Shown here piece after piece: positions 50,077 through 61,501 of a DNA stretch of 64,000 nucleotides; the stretch's first letter is position 1; each line of letters opens with the position of its first letter. This DNA is from Guillardia theta CCMP2712. Taxonomy: Eukaryota > Protista > Cryptophyta. The stretch lies in the NCBI RefSeq assembly GCF_000315625.1, contig NW_005434632.1:281901-345900 (forward strand), in the 5' to 3' direction. Position numbers and translations under genes: made by a program. The notes under the pieces were generated by a model. It searched no databases. It was not told the DNA's origin and saw only the letters and a list, made by a program, of their open reading frames with translations.

Positions 50077-53000
50077 CTCCTCTTTCCCCTTCCCGCTTCC
50101 TCCTCTTTCCCCTCCACTTGCCCCATCCCTCTCCCCTCCAGACTTCCCTCTGTTTTTCCCAAAACTGCCCTGACTGCACGAAAGTCACCGGACACATCTG
50201 CAAGTTGCCTTGGCTCCGTCGCGTGATCCCCTCGTTCCTCCTGATCTTCATTCCCTTCGCTATCCTGCCTCCTTTCTCCTTTTCCCGCGTCGGTCGTCGT
50301 CGTCGGTCGGTCGTTGGATGCCCCCGTCTTCCCTCTCGCTGCGTCGACTTGCCGGACGTGACGTGACGTTGCCCGGCGCTTGGGTCTCTCGTCCCATGTT
50401 TGCTCTGCGCACATCCACACTCAGCCTCGACAAGCTCGCAGGAAAACATCCTCACCTTTCACATCATACACGACGTAGTGCGCGACGCCCCCGGACCTGT
50501 CGCACCGAGAAAGACGCTCGTAAGAATCACCTCGTACCTCGCACAATGCATCTCACCTCACGCTGATGCTACTTCGCCTCTGCCTTGGCCACGCCTTCCC
50601 GGTTCCTGAAAGCAGCATCATTCCCTCCCCCTCAAGCAGTCCACTGCCAATCATTACCTCCGTAGGGTACAAAGCTCTCTTTCTGTCTTGGCCCGTCCTC
50701 GTTGCAACCTGCGTGACTTTCAATCACCCTTCCCTCCAAGCAGTCTGCTGTATATCACCCACCTTCAACACTTCCCAGCCTTGTTTCGCTGACGCGCTCT
50801 GAAAACAAAAACAAACCCCGTTGTCCTCTTGACTGTCCTGACCAGCGATACTGCCCATTGCTACATCCCCACATTGTACTATTTCCTCACTGCCAGTTGC
50901 CAACAAACTTGCACGATTCCACATCCCCTTGACTAAGTGCCATTGATATCCTGGACTGACTGATTGTACTGACTGGCTCACTGACCTCGCTTGCTCATTC
51001 CATGATCCTCCTCCAAGTTACCGTACACAACGAAAGCATCGATGAACCTTGACCTCGGCGCTGCACGAAAGTCACCGGACACATCTGCAAGTTGCCTTCT
51101 CCGTCATGTCGAGCCCTGTCGCCTCCTGGTTTGCTTGGTCTTTCCTTTCCCTCCTCTTTCCCCTTCCCGCTTCCTCCTCTTTCCCCTCCACTTGCCCCAT
51201 CCCTCTCCCCTCCAGACTTCCCTCTGTCTCTGCATCGACCTCTCTGCGGTACTGCACGAAAGTCACCGGACACATCTGCAAGTTGCCTTGGCTCCGTCGC
51301 GTGATCCCCTCGTTCCTCCTGATCTTCATTCCCTTCGCTATCCTGCCTCCTTTCTCCTTTTCCCGCGTCGGTCGTCGTCGTCGGTCGGTCGTTGGATGCC
51401 CCCGTCTTCCCTCTCGCTGCGTCGACTTGCCGGACGTGACGTGACGTTGCCCGGCGCTTGGGTCTCTCGTCCCATGTTTGCTCTGCGCACATCCACACTC
51501 AGCCTCGACAAGCTCGCAGCAAAACATCCTCACCTTTCACATCATACACGACGTAGTGCGCGACGCCCCCGGACCTGTCGCACCGAGAAAGACGCTCGTA
51601 AGAATCACCTCGTACCTCGCACAATGCATCTCACCTCACGCTGATGCTACTTCGCCTCTGCCTTGGCCACGCCTTCCCGGTTCCTGAAAGCAGCATCATT
51701 CCCTCCCCCTCAAGCAGTCCACTGCCAATCATTACCTCCGTAGGGTACAAAGCTCTCTTTCTGTCTTGGCCCGTCCTCGTTGCAACCTGCGTGACTTTCA
51801 ATCACCCTTCCCTCCAAGCAGTCTGCTGTATATCACCCACCTTCAACACTTCCCAGCCTTGTTTCGCTGACGCGCTCTGAAAACAAAAACAAACCCCGTT
51901 GTCCTCTTGACTGTCCTGACCAGCGATACTGCCCATTGCTACATTCCCACATTGTACTATTTCCTCACTGCCAGTTGCCAACAAACTTGCACGATTCCAC
52001 ATCCCCTTGACTAAGTGCCATTGATATCCTGGACTGACTGATTGTACTGACTGGCTCACTGACCTCGCTTGCTCATTCCATGATCCTCCTCCAAGTTACC
52101 GTACACAACGAAAGCATCGATGAACCTTGACCTCGGCGCTGCACGAAAGTCACCGGACACATCTGCAAGTTGCCTTCTCCGTCATGTCGAGCCCTGTCGC
52201 CTCCTGGTTTGCTTGGTCTTTCCTTTCCCTCCTCTTTCCCCTTCCCGCTTCCTCCTCTTTCCCCTCCACTTGCCCCATCCCTCTCCCCTCCAGACTTCCC
52301 TCTGTCTCTGCATCGGCCTCTCTGCGGTACTGCACGAAAGTCACCGGACACATCTGCAAGTTGCCTTGGCTCCGTCGCGTGATCCCCTCGTTCCTCCTGA
52401 TCTTCATTCCCTTCGCTATCCTGCCTCCTTTCTCCTTTTCCCGCGTCGGTCGTCGTCGTCGGTCGGTCGTTGGATGCCCCCGTCTTCCCTCTCGCTGCGT
52501 CGACTTGCCGGACGTGACGTGACGTTGCCCGGCGCTTGGGTCTCTCGTCCCATGTTTGCTCTGCGCACATCCACACTCAGCCTCGACAAGCTCGCAGCAA
52601 AACATCCTCACCTTTCACATCATACACGACGTAGTGCGCGACGCCCCCGGACCTGTCGCACCGAGAAAGACGCTCGTAAGAATCACCTCGTACCTCGCAC
52701 AATGCATCTCACCTCACGCTGATGCTACTTCGCCTCTGCCTTGGCCACGCCTTCCCGGTTCCTGAAAGCAGCATCATTCCCTCCCCCTCAAGCAGTCCAC
52801 TGCCAATCATTACCTCCGTAGGGTACAAAGCTCTCTTTCTGTCTTGGCCCGTCCTCGTTGCAACCTGCGTGACTTTCAATCACCCTTCCCTCCAAGCAGT
52901 CTGCTGTATATCACCCACCTTCAACACTTCCCAGCCTTGTTTCGCTGACGCGCTCTGAAAACAAAAACAAACCCCGTTGTCCTCTTGACTGTCCTGACCA

Positions 53001-54793
53001 GCGATACTGCCCATTGCTACATCCCCACATTGTACTATTTCCTCACTGCCAGTTGCCAACAAACTTGCACGATTCCACATCCCCTTGACTAAGTGCCATT
53101 GATATCCTGGACTGACNNNNNNNNNNNNNNNNNNNNNNNNNNNNNNNNNNNNNNNNNNNNNNNNNNNNNNNNNNNNNNNNNNNNNNNNNNNNNNNNNNNN
53201 NNNNNNNNNNNNNNNNNNNNNNNNNNNNNNNNNNNNNNNNNNNNNNNNNNNNNNNNNNNNNNNNNNNNNNNNNNNNNNNNNNNNNNNNNNNNNNNNNNNN
53301 NNNNNNNNNNNNNNNNNNNNNNNNNNNNNNNNNNNNNNNNNNNNNNNNNNNNNNNNNNNNNNNNNNNNNNNNNNNNNNNNNNNNNNNNNNNNNNNNNNNN
53401 NNNNNNNNNNNNNNNNNNNNNNNNNNNNNNNNNNNNNNNNNNNNNNNNNNNNNNGCGTGATCCCCTCGTTCCTCCTGATCTTCATTCCCTTCGCTATCCT
53501 GCCTCCTTTCTCCTTTTCCCGCGTCGGTCGTCGTCGTCGGTCGGTCGTTGGATGCCCCCGTCTTCCCTCTCGCTGCGTCGACTTGCCGGACGTGACGTGA
53601 CGTTGCCCGGCGCTTGGGTCTCTCGTCCCATGTTTGCTCTGCGCACATCCACACTCAGCCTCGACAAGCTCGCAGGAAAACATCCTCACCTTTCACATCA
53701 TACACGACGTAGTGCGCGACGCCCCCGGACCTGTCGCACCGAGAAAGACGCTCGTAAGAATCACCTCGTACCTCGCACAATGCATCTCACCTCACGCTGA
53801 TGCTACTTCGCCTCTGCCTTGGCCACGCCTTCCCGGTTCCTGAAAGCAGCATCATTCCCTCCCCCTCAAGCAGTCCACTGCCAATCATTACCTCCGTAGG
53901 GTACAAAGCTCTCTTTCTGTCTTGGCCCGTCCTCGTTGCAACCTGCGTGACTTTCAATCACCCTTCCCTCCAAGCAGTCTGCTGTATATCACCCACCTTC
54001 AACACTTCCCAGCCTTGTTTCGCTGACGCGCTCTGAAAACAAAAACAAACCCCGTTGTCCTCTTGACTGTCCTGACCAGCGATACTGCCCATTGCTACAT
54101 CCCCACATTGTACTATTTCCTCACTGCCAGTTGCCACCAAACTTGCAAGAATCCACAGTTTGTTGTCTTTCTATTATGTTGGTTCGAACGTATTGCCCTC
54201 TTACATAGTGAAATGCCTTTCGATATTCTTCCTGTTTATGATTGTCTGCGATACCTGTATCCCTCTGTCGCTCGCTCCCGAAGCAATCACATCGGCCCAC
54301 CTCCATTCCATGCACACTCTAAAACTATGCAAACCCACACAGCCCACACATTCTAATCTCTTCACCACTGTCCCTGTCTCGGCCTCTCTGCGGTACTGCA
54401 CGAAAGTCACCGGACACATCTGCAAGTTGCCTTGGCTCCGTCGCGTGATCCCCTCGTTCCTCCTGATCTTCATTCCATTCGCTATCCTGCCTCCTTTCTC
54501 CTTTTCCCGCGTCGGTCGTCGTCGTCGGTCGTCGTCGTCGGTCGGTCGTTGGATGCCCCCGTCTTCCCTCTCGCTGCGTCGACTTGCCGGACGTGACGTG
54601 ACGTTGCTCGGCGCTTGGGTCTCTCGTCCCATGTTTGCTCTGCGCACATCCACACTCAGCCTCGACAAGCTCGCAGGAAAACATCCTCACCTTTCACATC
54701 ATACACGACGTAGTGCGCGACGCCCCCGGACCTGTCGCACCGAGAAAGACGCTCGTAAGAATCACCTCGTACCTCGCACAATGCATCTCACCT
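50077..54793. repeat. Tandem array, 1,078-bp unit, ~4 copies plus a partial fifth (54373-54793)
   Basis: Identical ORFs recur at 50566/51644/52722/53800 (period 1,078). Only isolated substitutions between copies. A 38-bp sub-repeat CTGCACGAAAGTCACCGGACACATCTGCAAGTTGCCTT occurs twice per unit. N-gap 53117-53454 lies inside. Confidence 0.95.
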
Positions 54794-56761
54794 CCCAGCT
54801 GGTATCTTTGAGCTTTTCATCGGAACCTTTGGTCCTGAGAACGCCTCAAAATTTCGGAATGCGTTCGGTCAATGCCATTACTGGTTCGTGTGTGCGTGTG
54901 ACTTGACAAGAACTCCTGGTGTTTTGTAGCCACAAGTTTCGTCCTGTAACTTAGTCCCCTCCTAATTCCTCAATACAAATAGGAAGTGGGAGGTGGGGGA
55001 AGTATAGGAGGTGAGGAAAGAGAGACCGAAGGCAGGGGCAAGAAGAGGGAGAAAGGGGAGGGAAAAGGGAAGGGATAGAGGCATAGAGTGGGAAGAGGAG
55101 GGGGGGGGAGAGGGGGGGGGGGGGTTTAACTCTACAACAAACTTGCATTAAACAAACAGAATGCACCCTTTAAGGTTAAGTTCTTCACTTTTATTCACAT
55201 GACTCACAGCACCATCGTCTCACAATGTGACAATGAAAATGCTAATAATTATAAGTTTCACTACACACAGCTATATGAAATATTAATGTTTTGATGCCCT
55301 ACCAAAGAAAATCTTTCGATTCTCGTAGAAAAAAGAGTTTGAAAGGGATCTTTCATAATTAGGATAAAGTACAGATCTCCATCTGACTCTGCTCCCTTCT
55401 TCAATCCATTTTAAAACACGATACCCCGCTGCATCCTTCCTACCCCATCCGTAACCTCTAGTGCAGTAAACAGCACAGGCTGGGATAATAGGTAATCCAC
55501 ACGCATTTCATCATGGCTTAGAAGAACTCCACTTCCATTGCAGTCTATTTGACGACTTCATTTCCACTCTACACTCGACATGCCTCTGTCTAGCGCATAA
55601 ACCTCAGCGCTTACATGGCAGTGAGATTGAGTTGGGAAGAGGAAGAGAAGGGGGGGAGGGGGGGGGGCAGAGGGGGGAGGGTATCCACACAGGAAGGACG
55701 GTATTTACGTGGAGCGGGGGGGGAGGGAAAAACCAACCTTGACCTGCTATCCCTCCCTTACCTTTTTATACTCCAGCACCCGATTACCACCCCTACCCCC
55801 ACATTTACACTACCCTACCGCGGAAATGAAGTTTCTCGAATGGAGTACCCTACTCTAGGATACTGACGAATTTGAACAGAAAACTAGGGGTGTCGAAGGA
55901 ATACAAGACCACCCACCCCTTCGATGCTTACTTTCATCACCCACCTCCACCTTCCGCAAAGTGCTGCAAGAATGGAGCAAGAGTGGGTCAGCAAGAGGTA
56001 AAGGCAAAGTCCATAAAATAGTTTTAAAAGATGCTTACCCCACCCCCTCAACCACCTGGCAAGGCTTACAATTACCACAGATCACCCCACAATATCCCAC
56101 CAAGTACCCACCCTTCGGATAGGCAAATGAATTTGGATTCGTTTGTGGAGTAGGTTCTCCTCCACCCCCTTCATGCCATCTCAGTACCCTTGTACAAAAA
56201 CTCAGACTACCCCTCTATATTACACCATGACAGTACATTTTTGTATCCACCCCGGGTACATCACCTACCCTACCTATGGATGTGCGACAAACAACTTTTT
56301 GTTCCTGTGCAAACTCAGCAAACTTTTACGTTTCACCACCCACCCTACCTTTTCCCTTTGAAATTATATTAAAATTACCCCTCCCAAGTACCAAAGGTAC
56401 TCTTTTAGTACTTACCACCCTACCCTACGAAATACCTTTGAGCACCCCCTTTTTAGTATGATTGGGGGTGGCCTCCATCTGCCGGGCGTATTGGTGCGGA
56501 GGCCGCGGTCATCAGGATCCAATCGTACCGGCTGTTTTGTATGCAAACAAGGGGGTCCTTTCCCAGGGGTGGCCGAAGTCAGGTACAAATTTAAAATGAC
56601 TAGGAACTTTTTCAAAACCGAAGGAGATACAAACAAGCCCCAAAAATATTGAACATCAATTAAAACATTTGAAAATTACTACACATCTTTCAGCTTTCTC
56701 CTTTTCTTGGTCTGAGCTTGAAGGCCCTCTCAGCCAACTTGGCAAAGTTTGAGCTGTCTGA

Positions 56762-56865
56762 GCTGTCAGTATCGGGAGTGCCCGGGCCCGGGCCCGTCAA
56801 ATCGCCGGCTCTCACTGTCAGTATCGGCGGGCCCGGGCCCGTCAAATCGCCGGCTCTCACTGTGA
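56762..56865. repeat. Local ~50-bp tandem duplication (CTGTCAGTATCGG..GGGCCCGTCAAATCGCCGGCTCTCA x2)
   Basis: Direct observation. Confidence 0.85.
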
Positions 56866-56928
56866 CTCAACGGCTGGGGGACAGCAGTCGGCAGGATTAG
56901 GTTTGGTTCTCGCTGTCTTTTCTCTTCT

Positions 56929-57020
56929 CGCCGTTTGGCCTGTGCGACAGTGTCAGGGTCAAGCCTCCTCGACTCTCCTGATTGTCCTCGTACTGATTTT
57001 TCACTTCACTTTGAGTAAAG
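56929..57020 (+). repeat. Dispersed ~95-bp repeat, copy B
   Basis: Aligns to 34513-34614 with four substitutions and two indels. Confidence 0.85.
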
Positions 57021-57138
57021 CTGAGCCCGGGCCCGCAGTGGCCCGCCCGGGACTGGGTCCGGGTTGGGGGCTAGTGGGGGGGGGGGCCGACTGGCAAGGG
57101 AGGCGGGCCCGGTAAAAAAGAATCGGGCGCAAAAGCAG

Positions 57139-59158
57139 ATGCAGGATGGCGAAGGTTATCGGCGATGCTGGATTGAAGGTGAGGATGAAATTAAGGATAA
57201 GGGTGAGAGACGGAGGCAGATAGCTCCGAATCAACTTGACAACAGCTGGGATCTAGTATGCACTTGCGAAGTAATGAGCTTGCGAAGTAATGAGTGGTAG
57301 GGAGGGAAAGATAAGGAAATGAGACTTAAATGAAGAGAGCATGTGGCAAGTGAAGGAGCGACCTTATCATGAATGATCTTGTTTAGGCAAAGGCATTGGA
57401 CTCCGAGCAGCGAAAGAGGCATGGTTCGGGTTGTTATCCGTGTGGAAAGTGAAGGGTAACCCCCGCAGTTTCAATGCGGCGACACCATTCTCCAAGATGT
57501 TCCGCTTGTGTGCTCGACGATCAAGCACTCCGAATGGTGTATGACTTAACTTGTCGATCTGTCGCTAATGTCCCCCTGCTGCAAAGCCTTGTACTCTGCT
57601 TGGGGTGCATGTCTTGCGTAGCTTTCCCGCCGATCTTATCAGGTCCCGGCGCTTGCTTTCGTCGCCGCGCCTGAGCGCCATGAACAGAGCTGGTCTGCCC
57701 TTGCGATGAAGTTTTTATGTGCCCAAGAGGTGCTGCAGCCCATGTTAGAACCATGAGGAGTTGTTGAGATGCAACTGCCACAAGGTTGCGGGGTAGGATT
57801 CTGCAGTGGGGCATGCCGGACAGCAATGGAGGGTTTGCATCGGGTGTTGTGCACCAGCGCGACCGAGGAGATGAGAGTGCTCCAGCAAAGTGAGTACTGG
57901 GAGATCACGCGCTTCAGGTCTGGTAGGATGTCAGACTTGATACGAGTGAACGGCAACGTCCAGGTTGTACTGCTATGCTGTTGCCCGCATCTTCGCAACG
58001 TACATGGTTTGTCAAGGCTTGTTCCCTTGACGTTGCCTCCACCTTGACCCACGAATCGAGGAGACTCTTAGGAAATGATGCATGCTCTTGGTGTAGACGA
58101 CAGGGAGTGAGGAGGATGCTCAACAAGTTTTCGGAGGCTTCCATTCCCCAGAGGAGGTGAGATGGGTTGCAAGTCATGTTCCAAACCATTCTCATGACCT
58201 CCTAGTTGTATTCATCCGCAGTGATTCAAAGGGAATTCAAGCGCAAGGTCAAGATACGTGTGCAGTCTATCCCGCAGCTCATGGTTGCTTTTAGATGCAA
58301 GAGCCCATGTCGCTACTTTCCTCGCACTTCCTGCGAATCATTCCCGGTTCGTCAAAACCTGTGAATCATCTGTCTCTGAAACGGGTTCCAGATCTTCAGG
58401 AATGGCCACAGAAACTGCAAGAATATTTGCAAACAGAAAGGTCAAATACAATTGTTTGAAACCTCGCCGATGTCGTTGTTGAAGATTAGTATGGTGGTGG
58501 TCATTATGTTCTGCAAATGCTCAACAAATTTCGATTCCTTCTCCGATAGCGGTATCTTCTCCAACGATTCCATTGGACGGTGCACTTGACGAGCGAGCGT
58601 AGGAATGTGTATACCATGTCATGGACTCGGAGCGTCCTGAAAAGGTAGTTCAGACTCTTGAATGTTGTAAAATTTTCACCTCCTGTGAATTCTCCAGACG
58701 AAACTCGTCCAGGAGCTCATAGGAGTTGCCAATTTCGACCTCTCCAACTTTGAAGGCTCGGCCCTTTTCCCAACCATGAGGTGAGCGGTGTTTTGTGCTG
58801 TGAAAACGCCAAGCTGACGCTTCTCTTGTGCAAGTAAATTCAACCACAACTGCAACCCGAATGTTGAAATCCTGGCTGTTCCCGAGACCGGGGATACCCC
58901 CTCCGCAGGATCGAAGCAAGTACTTCAGAATCGATTCATCGCGCGCGCAAGAAGAAAAATCCACGTGAATGAAGAGGTGGCCTTGTCATGTCCCTCGAAC
59001 CGAAGGTTTCAGTGAAACCTATCCGACAGATGTGCATCAGCTACTTGGATCTGCTTGATCCCCAAAGCCGTGATGCAAGGAGGAAAGAGCTGAAAGAACG
59101 ATACGGATTCATATGTCAATGTGTATCATGCTGTGCGGAGGGAATGAGAACAAAGTAG
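57139..59158 (+). CDS. SET and MYND domain (SMYD-family) lysine methyltransferase, many short exons
   Basis: Split SET: GKGIGLRAAKE..FQCGDTILQDVPLV (57386-57510). MYND half PQGCGVGFCSGACRTAMEGLHRVLC (57778-57852). FEGSALFPTM|SKFNHNCNPNVEI (58750-58870). NEE|MCISYLDL..RRKELKERYGFICQCVSC..* (stop 59156-59158). The start is a best guess. Confidence 0.9.
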
Positions 59159-59579
59159 CTAGTAGCCCAACAGCGATCACCAGTCCTTGATAATCCCACA
59201 GCCTCCTAGCCGGTCAACTGAGTGAATCGCTGCCCGGCCCGGCCCGGCGGCTCCCCGGAACCGGAGTCCGGCCCGGCCAATGTCGCTCAGTCACAGCGAT
59301 CAGATAGCGATCGGACTTGCCGATCAGGCTGGTACATGACAGCCGCCAGTAGTCATGAGTCAGGTCAGGAGGACGAGCCATGGGGAATGGCGGCTGCTTG
59401 CTGGCGCTCCTTCCGATTCCTCTCCTCTTCACACTCTTTCCTCATCATCGTCTTGAAGCATCTGCTCCTGTGTTTGCTCGTCCTCTCAGGAAGTGTGAGA
59501 TGAACAAGTCGGGACATCACATGCGTATCATCAACACTTTAACTGACTGATCGCACTCCCCTCCTCCCTCCCTGCCCTC

Positions 59580-60006
59580 TCAGAGACTCCGGGCGCGACG
59601 GGAGCAGGTCAGAGATCTCAGAACCGACTCATGCTCAGCTGTGAAAGCAGCAAAGATTCGCATCAAGGCAGACGGGAGGAGGAAAGGAAAGGATGTCACC
59701 TGCTCTTGTCTGAAGTTGGTGTTCTTCTTGTTTTCCTGCGCACTCCCGTCAACCAGTCGGTGAGTTAGGAAAGCTTCACCTTGACACTCGAGGAGCTGCT
59801 CGTGTTCAGGTCCTGTTGCTGTTTCCTGAATCTTGCGATCGCCGTGTTCTCCAGCCCCTGCCACAGATAGGATCACTATCGCCTCCTCCCTCTCCTCCTC
59901 TTCATCATCATCGTCGTCGTCGTCGTCGTCGTCATCGTCATCGTCATCGTCATCATCATCATCGTCATCATCCTCATCGTTATCATCCTCCTCCTCCTCC
60001 TCCTCC

Positions 60007-60076
<70 letters not shown>

Positions 60077-61421
60077 TCTCTACCTTTTCACTCTTAGTCT
60101 GCATGACGGACGATCCTCCTGACTTGGCCCCGTGCAGCCGCGAGAGGTTCTTGGGCTTCAGCGCCTCCTCATTCCCATCTTCGATACAGCTCAACACCCA
60201 ATTCATGTGGCTGCAAACCATGTGAGCATAGGAGGAGGGGGGAGGAGAAGGGAGAGGGGGAGGGGGAGGGAGAAGATGATCAGGAGAAGGAGCATGAAGC
60301 ATCAGCAGCAGCAGCAGCAGCACCACCACCACCACCAGCACCAGCACCAGCACCAGCACCAGCACCAGCACCAGCAGCAGCAGCAGGATCGAATAGCTGA
60401 AGGGGGAGGAGGAGGGTGGAGTGTTGGAAGAGTTGAGGGAGGGGCGGGGGAGCGCGGGTTGAGGGCGGATGCAAGGTGACTGAGTGACCAGACTGAGATG
60501 CAGAAAGAAACAGCCAGAACAAGAATGGGCTGAGGAAAGAAAATTGCTGGNNNNNNNNNNNNNNNNNNNNNNNNNNNNNNNNNNNNNNNNNNNNNNNNNN
60601 NNNNNNNNNNNNNNNNNNNNNNNNNNNNNNNNNNNNNNNNNNNNNNNNNNCTCTCCGAGAGCAGTCAACTCCGACTTCTCCCCCTCCTGGAATCAGTAGG
60701 AAACACGAAGGCAGAATAACAAAGCGGATCCATCATATCACTCTTTCCTTCCCACTCCCTTGCTCACTCTCCCTCTCTTCTCCTCCTCTCCCCCCTCCCC
60801 TCCTCCCCTCCTCCCTCCCCTCCTCCTTCCTCACCTTGTTTTCTCTAGGACTTATCTTCTGCGTTGTCATCCTGTTGTCTTTGATGCTCAAGGCCTCGAA
60901 GGGTGGAACTCTGCAGGAAAAATCAACAAAGCACGTTCGCCTCCTCCTCCTCCTCCTCCTCCTCCTCCTCCTCCTCCTCCTCCTCCTCCTCCTCCGCGAC
61001 CACAAACTCCTCTTCCTCTGCCAATATCTCCTCCATCATCACCTCTTTCTCTCACTTCCCCTCTACCTCTTCCACTCCCACCTCCAAACATTCCCACCTG
61101 TCTGCAAACGGTTTGGTGTTCTCCTCCGGCTCTCCTTGCAACGAGACTTGCGATTGTCCCCGAATGACCTGCGGACGACCAAGTACCTCACAAAGCAGTG
61201 CGCAGCTGCTCTCGAGATGGCAGGAAGAGATGCAGGAGGAGGAGGAAAAGGGGGGAAGGGGAGGGGGGGGGTTGTGGTGGTGGTGGTGGTGGAGGAGTAG
61301 CAGGAGTAGGAGGAGTAGGAGGAGGTTGGAGTGTTGATGGTGCTGATGGTGGTGGTGCTGATGGTGGTGGTGGAGGACGAGGACGAGGAAGATGGAGAGG
61401 ACGAGGAGGAGAGAGAGGAGA

Positions 61422-61501
<80 letters not shown>

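Noticed and set aside
50173-54435. 38-bp repeat CTGCACGAAAGTCACCGGACACATCTGCAAGTTGCCTT as a CRISPR-like array
   Set aside because: The intervening sequences are ~150 and ~850 bp and identical between units. No unique spacers, no cas genes, and the context is eukaryotic.
50077-54793. Array as 5S rDNA, snRNA/spliced-leader cluster or LTR retroelement
   Set aside because: No recognisable 5S/snRNA/tRNA sequence, no TG..CA-bounded LTR with PBS/PPT, and no gag/pol ORF.
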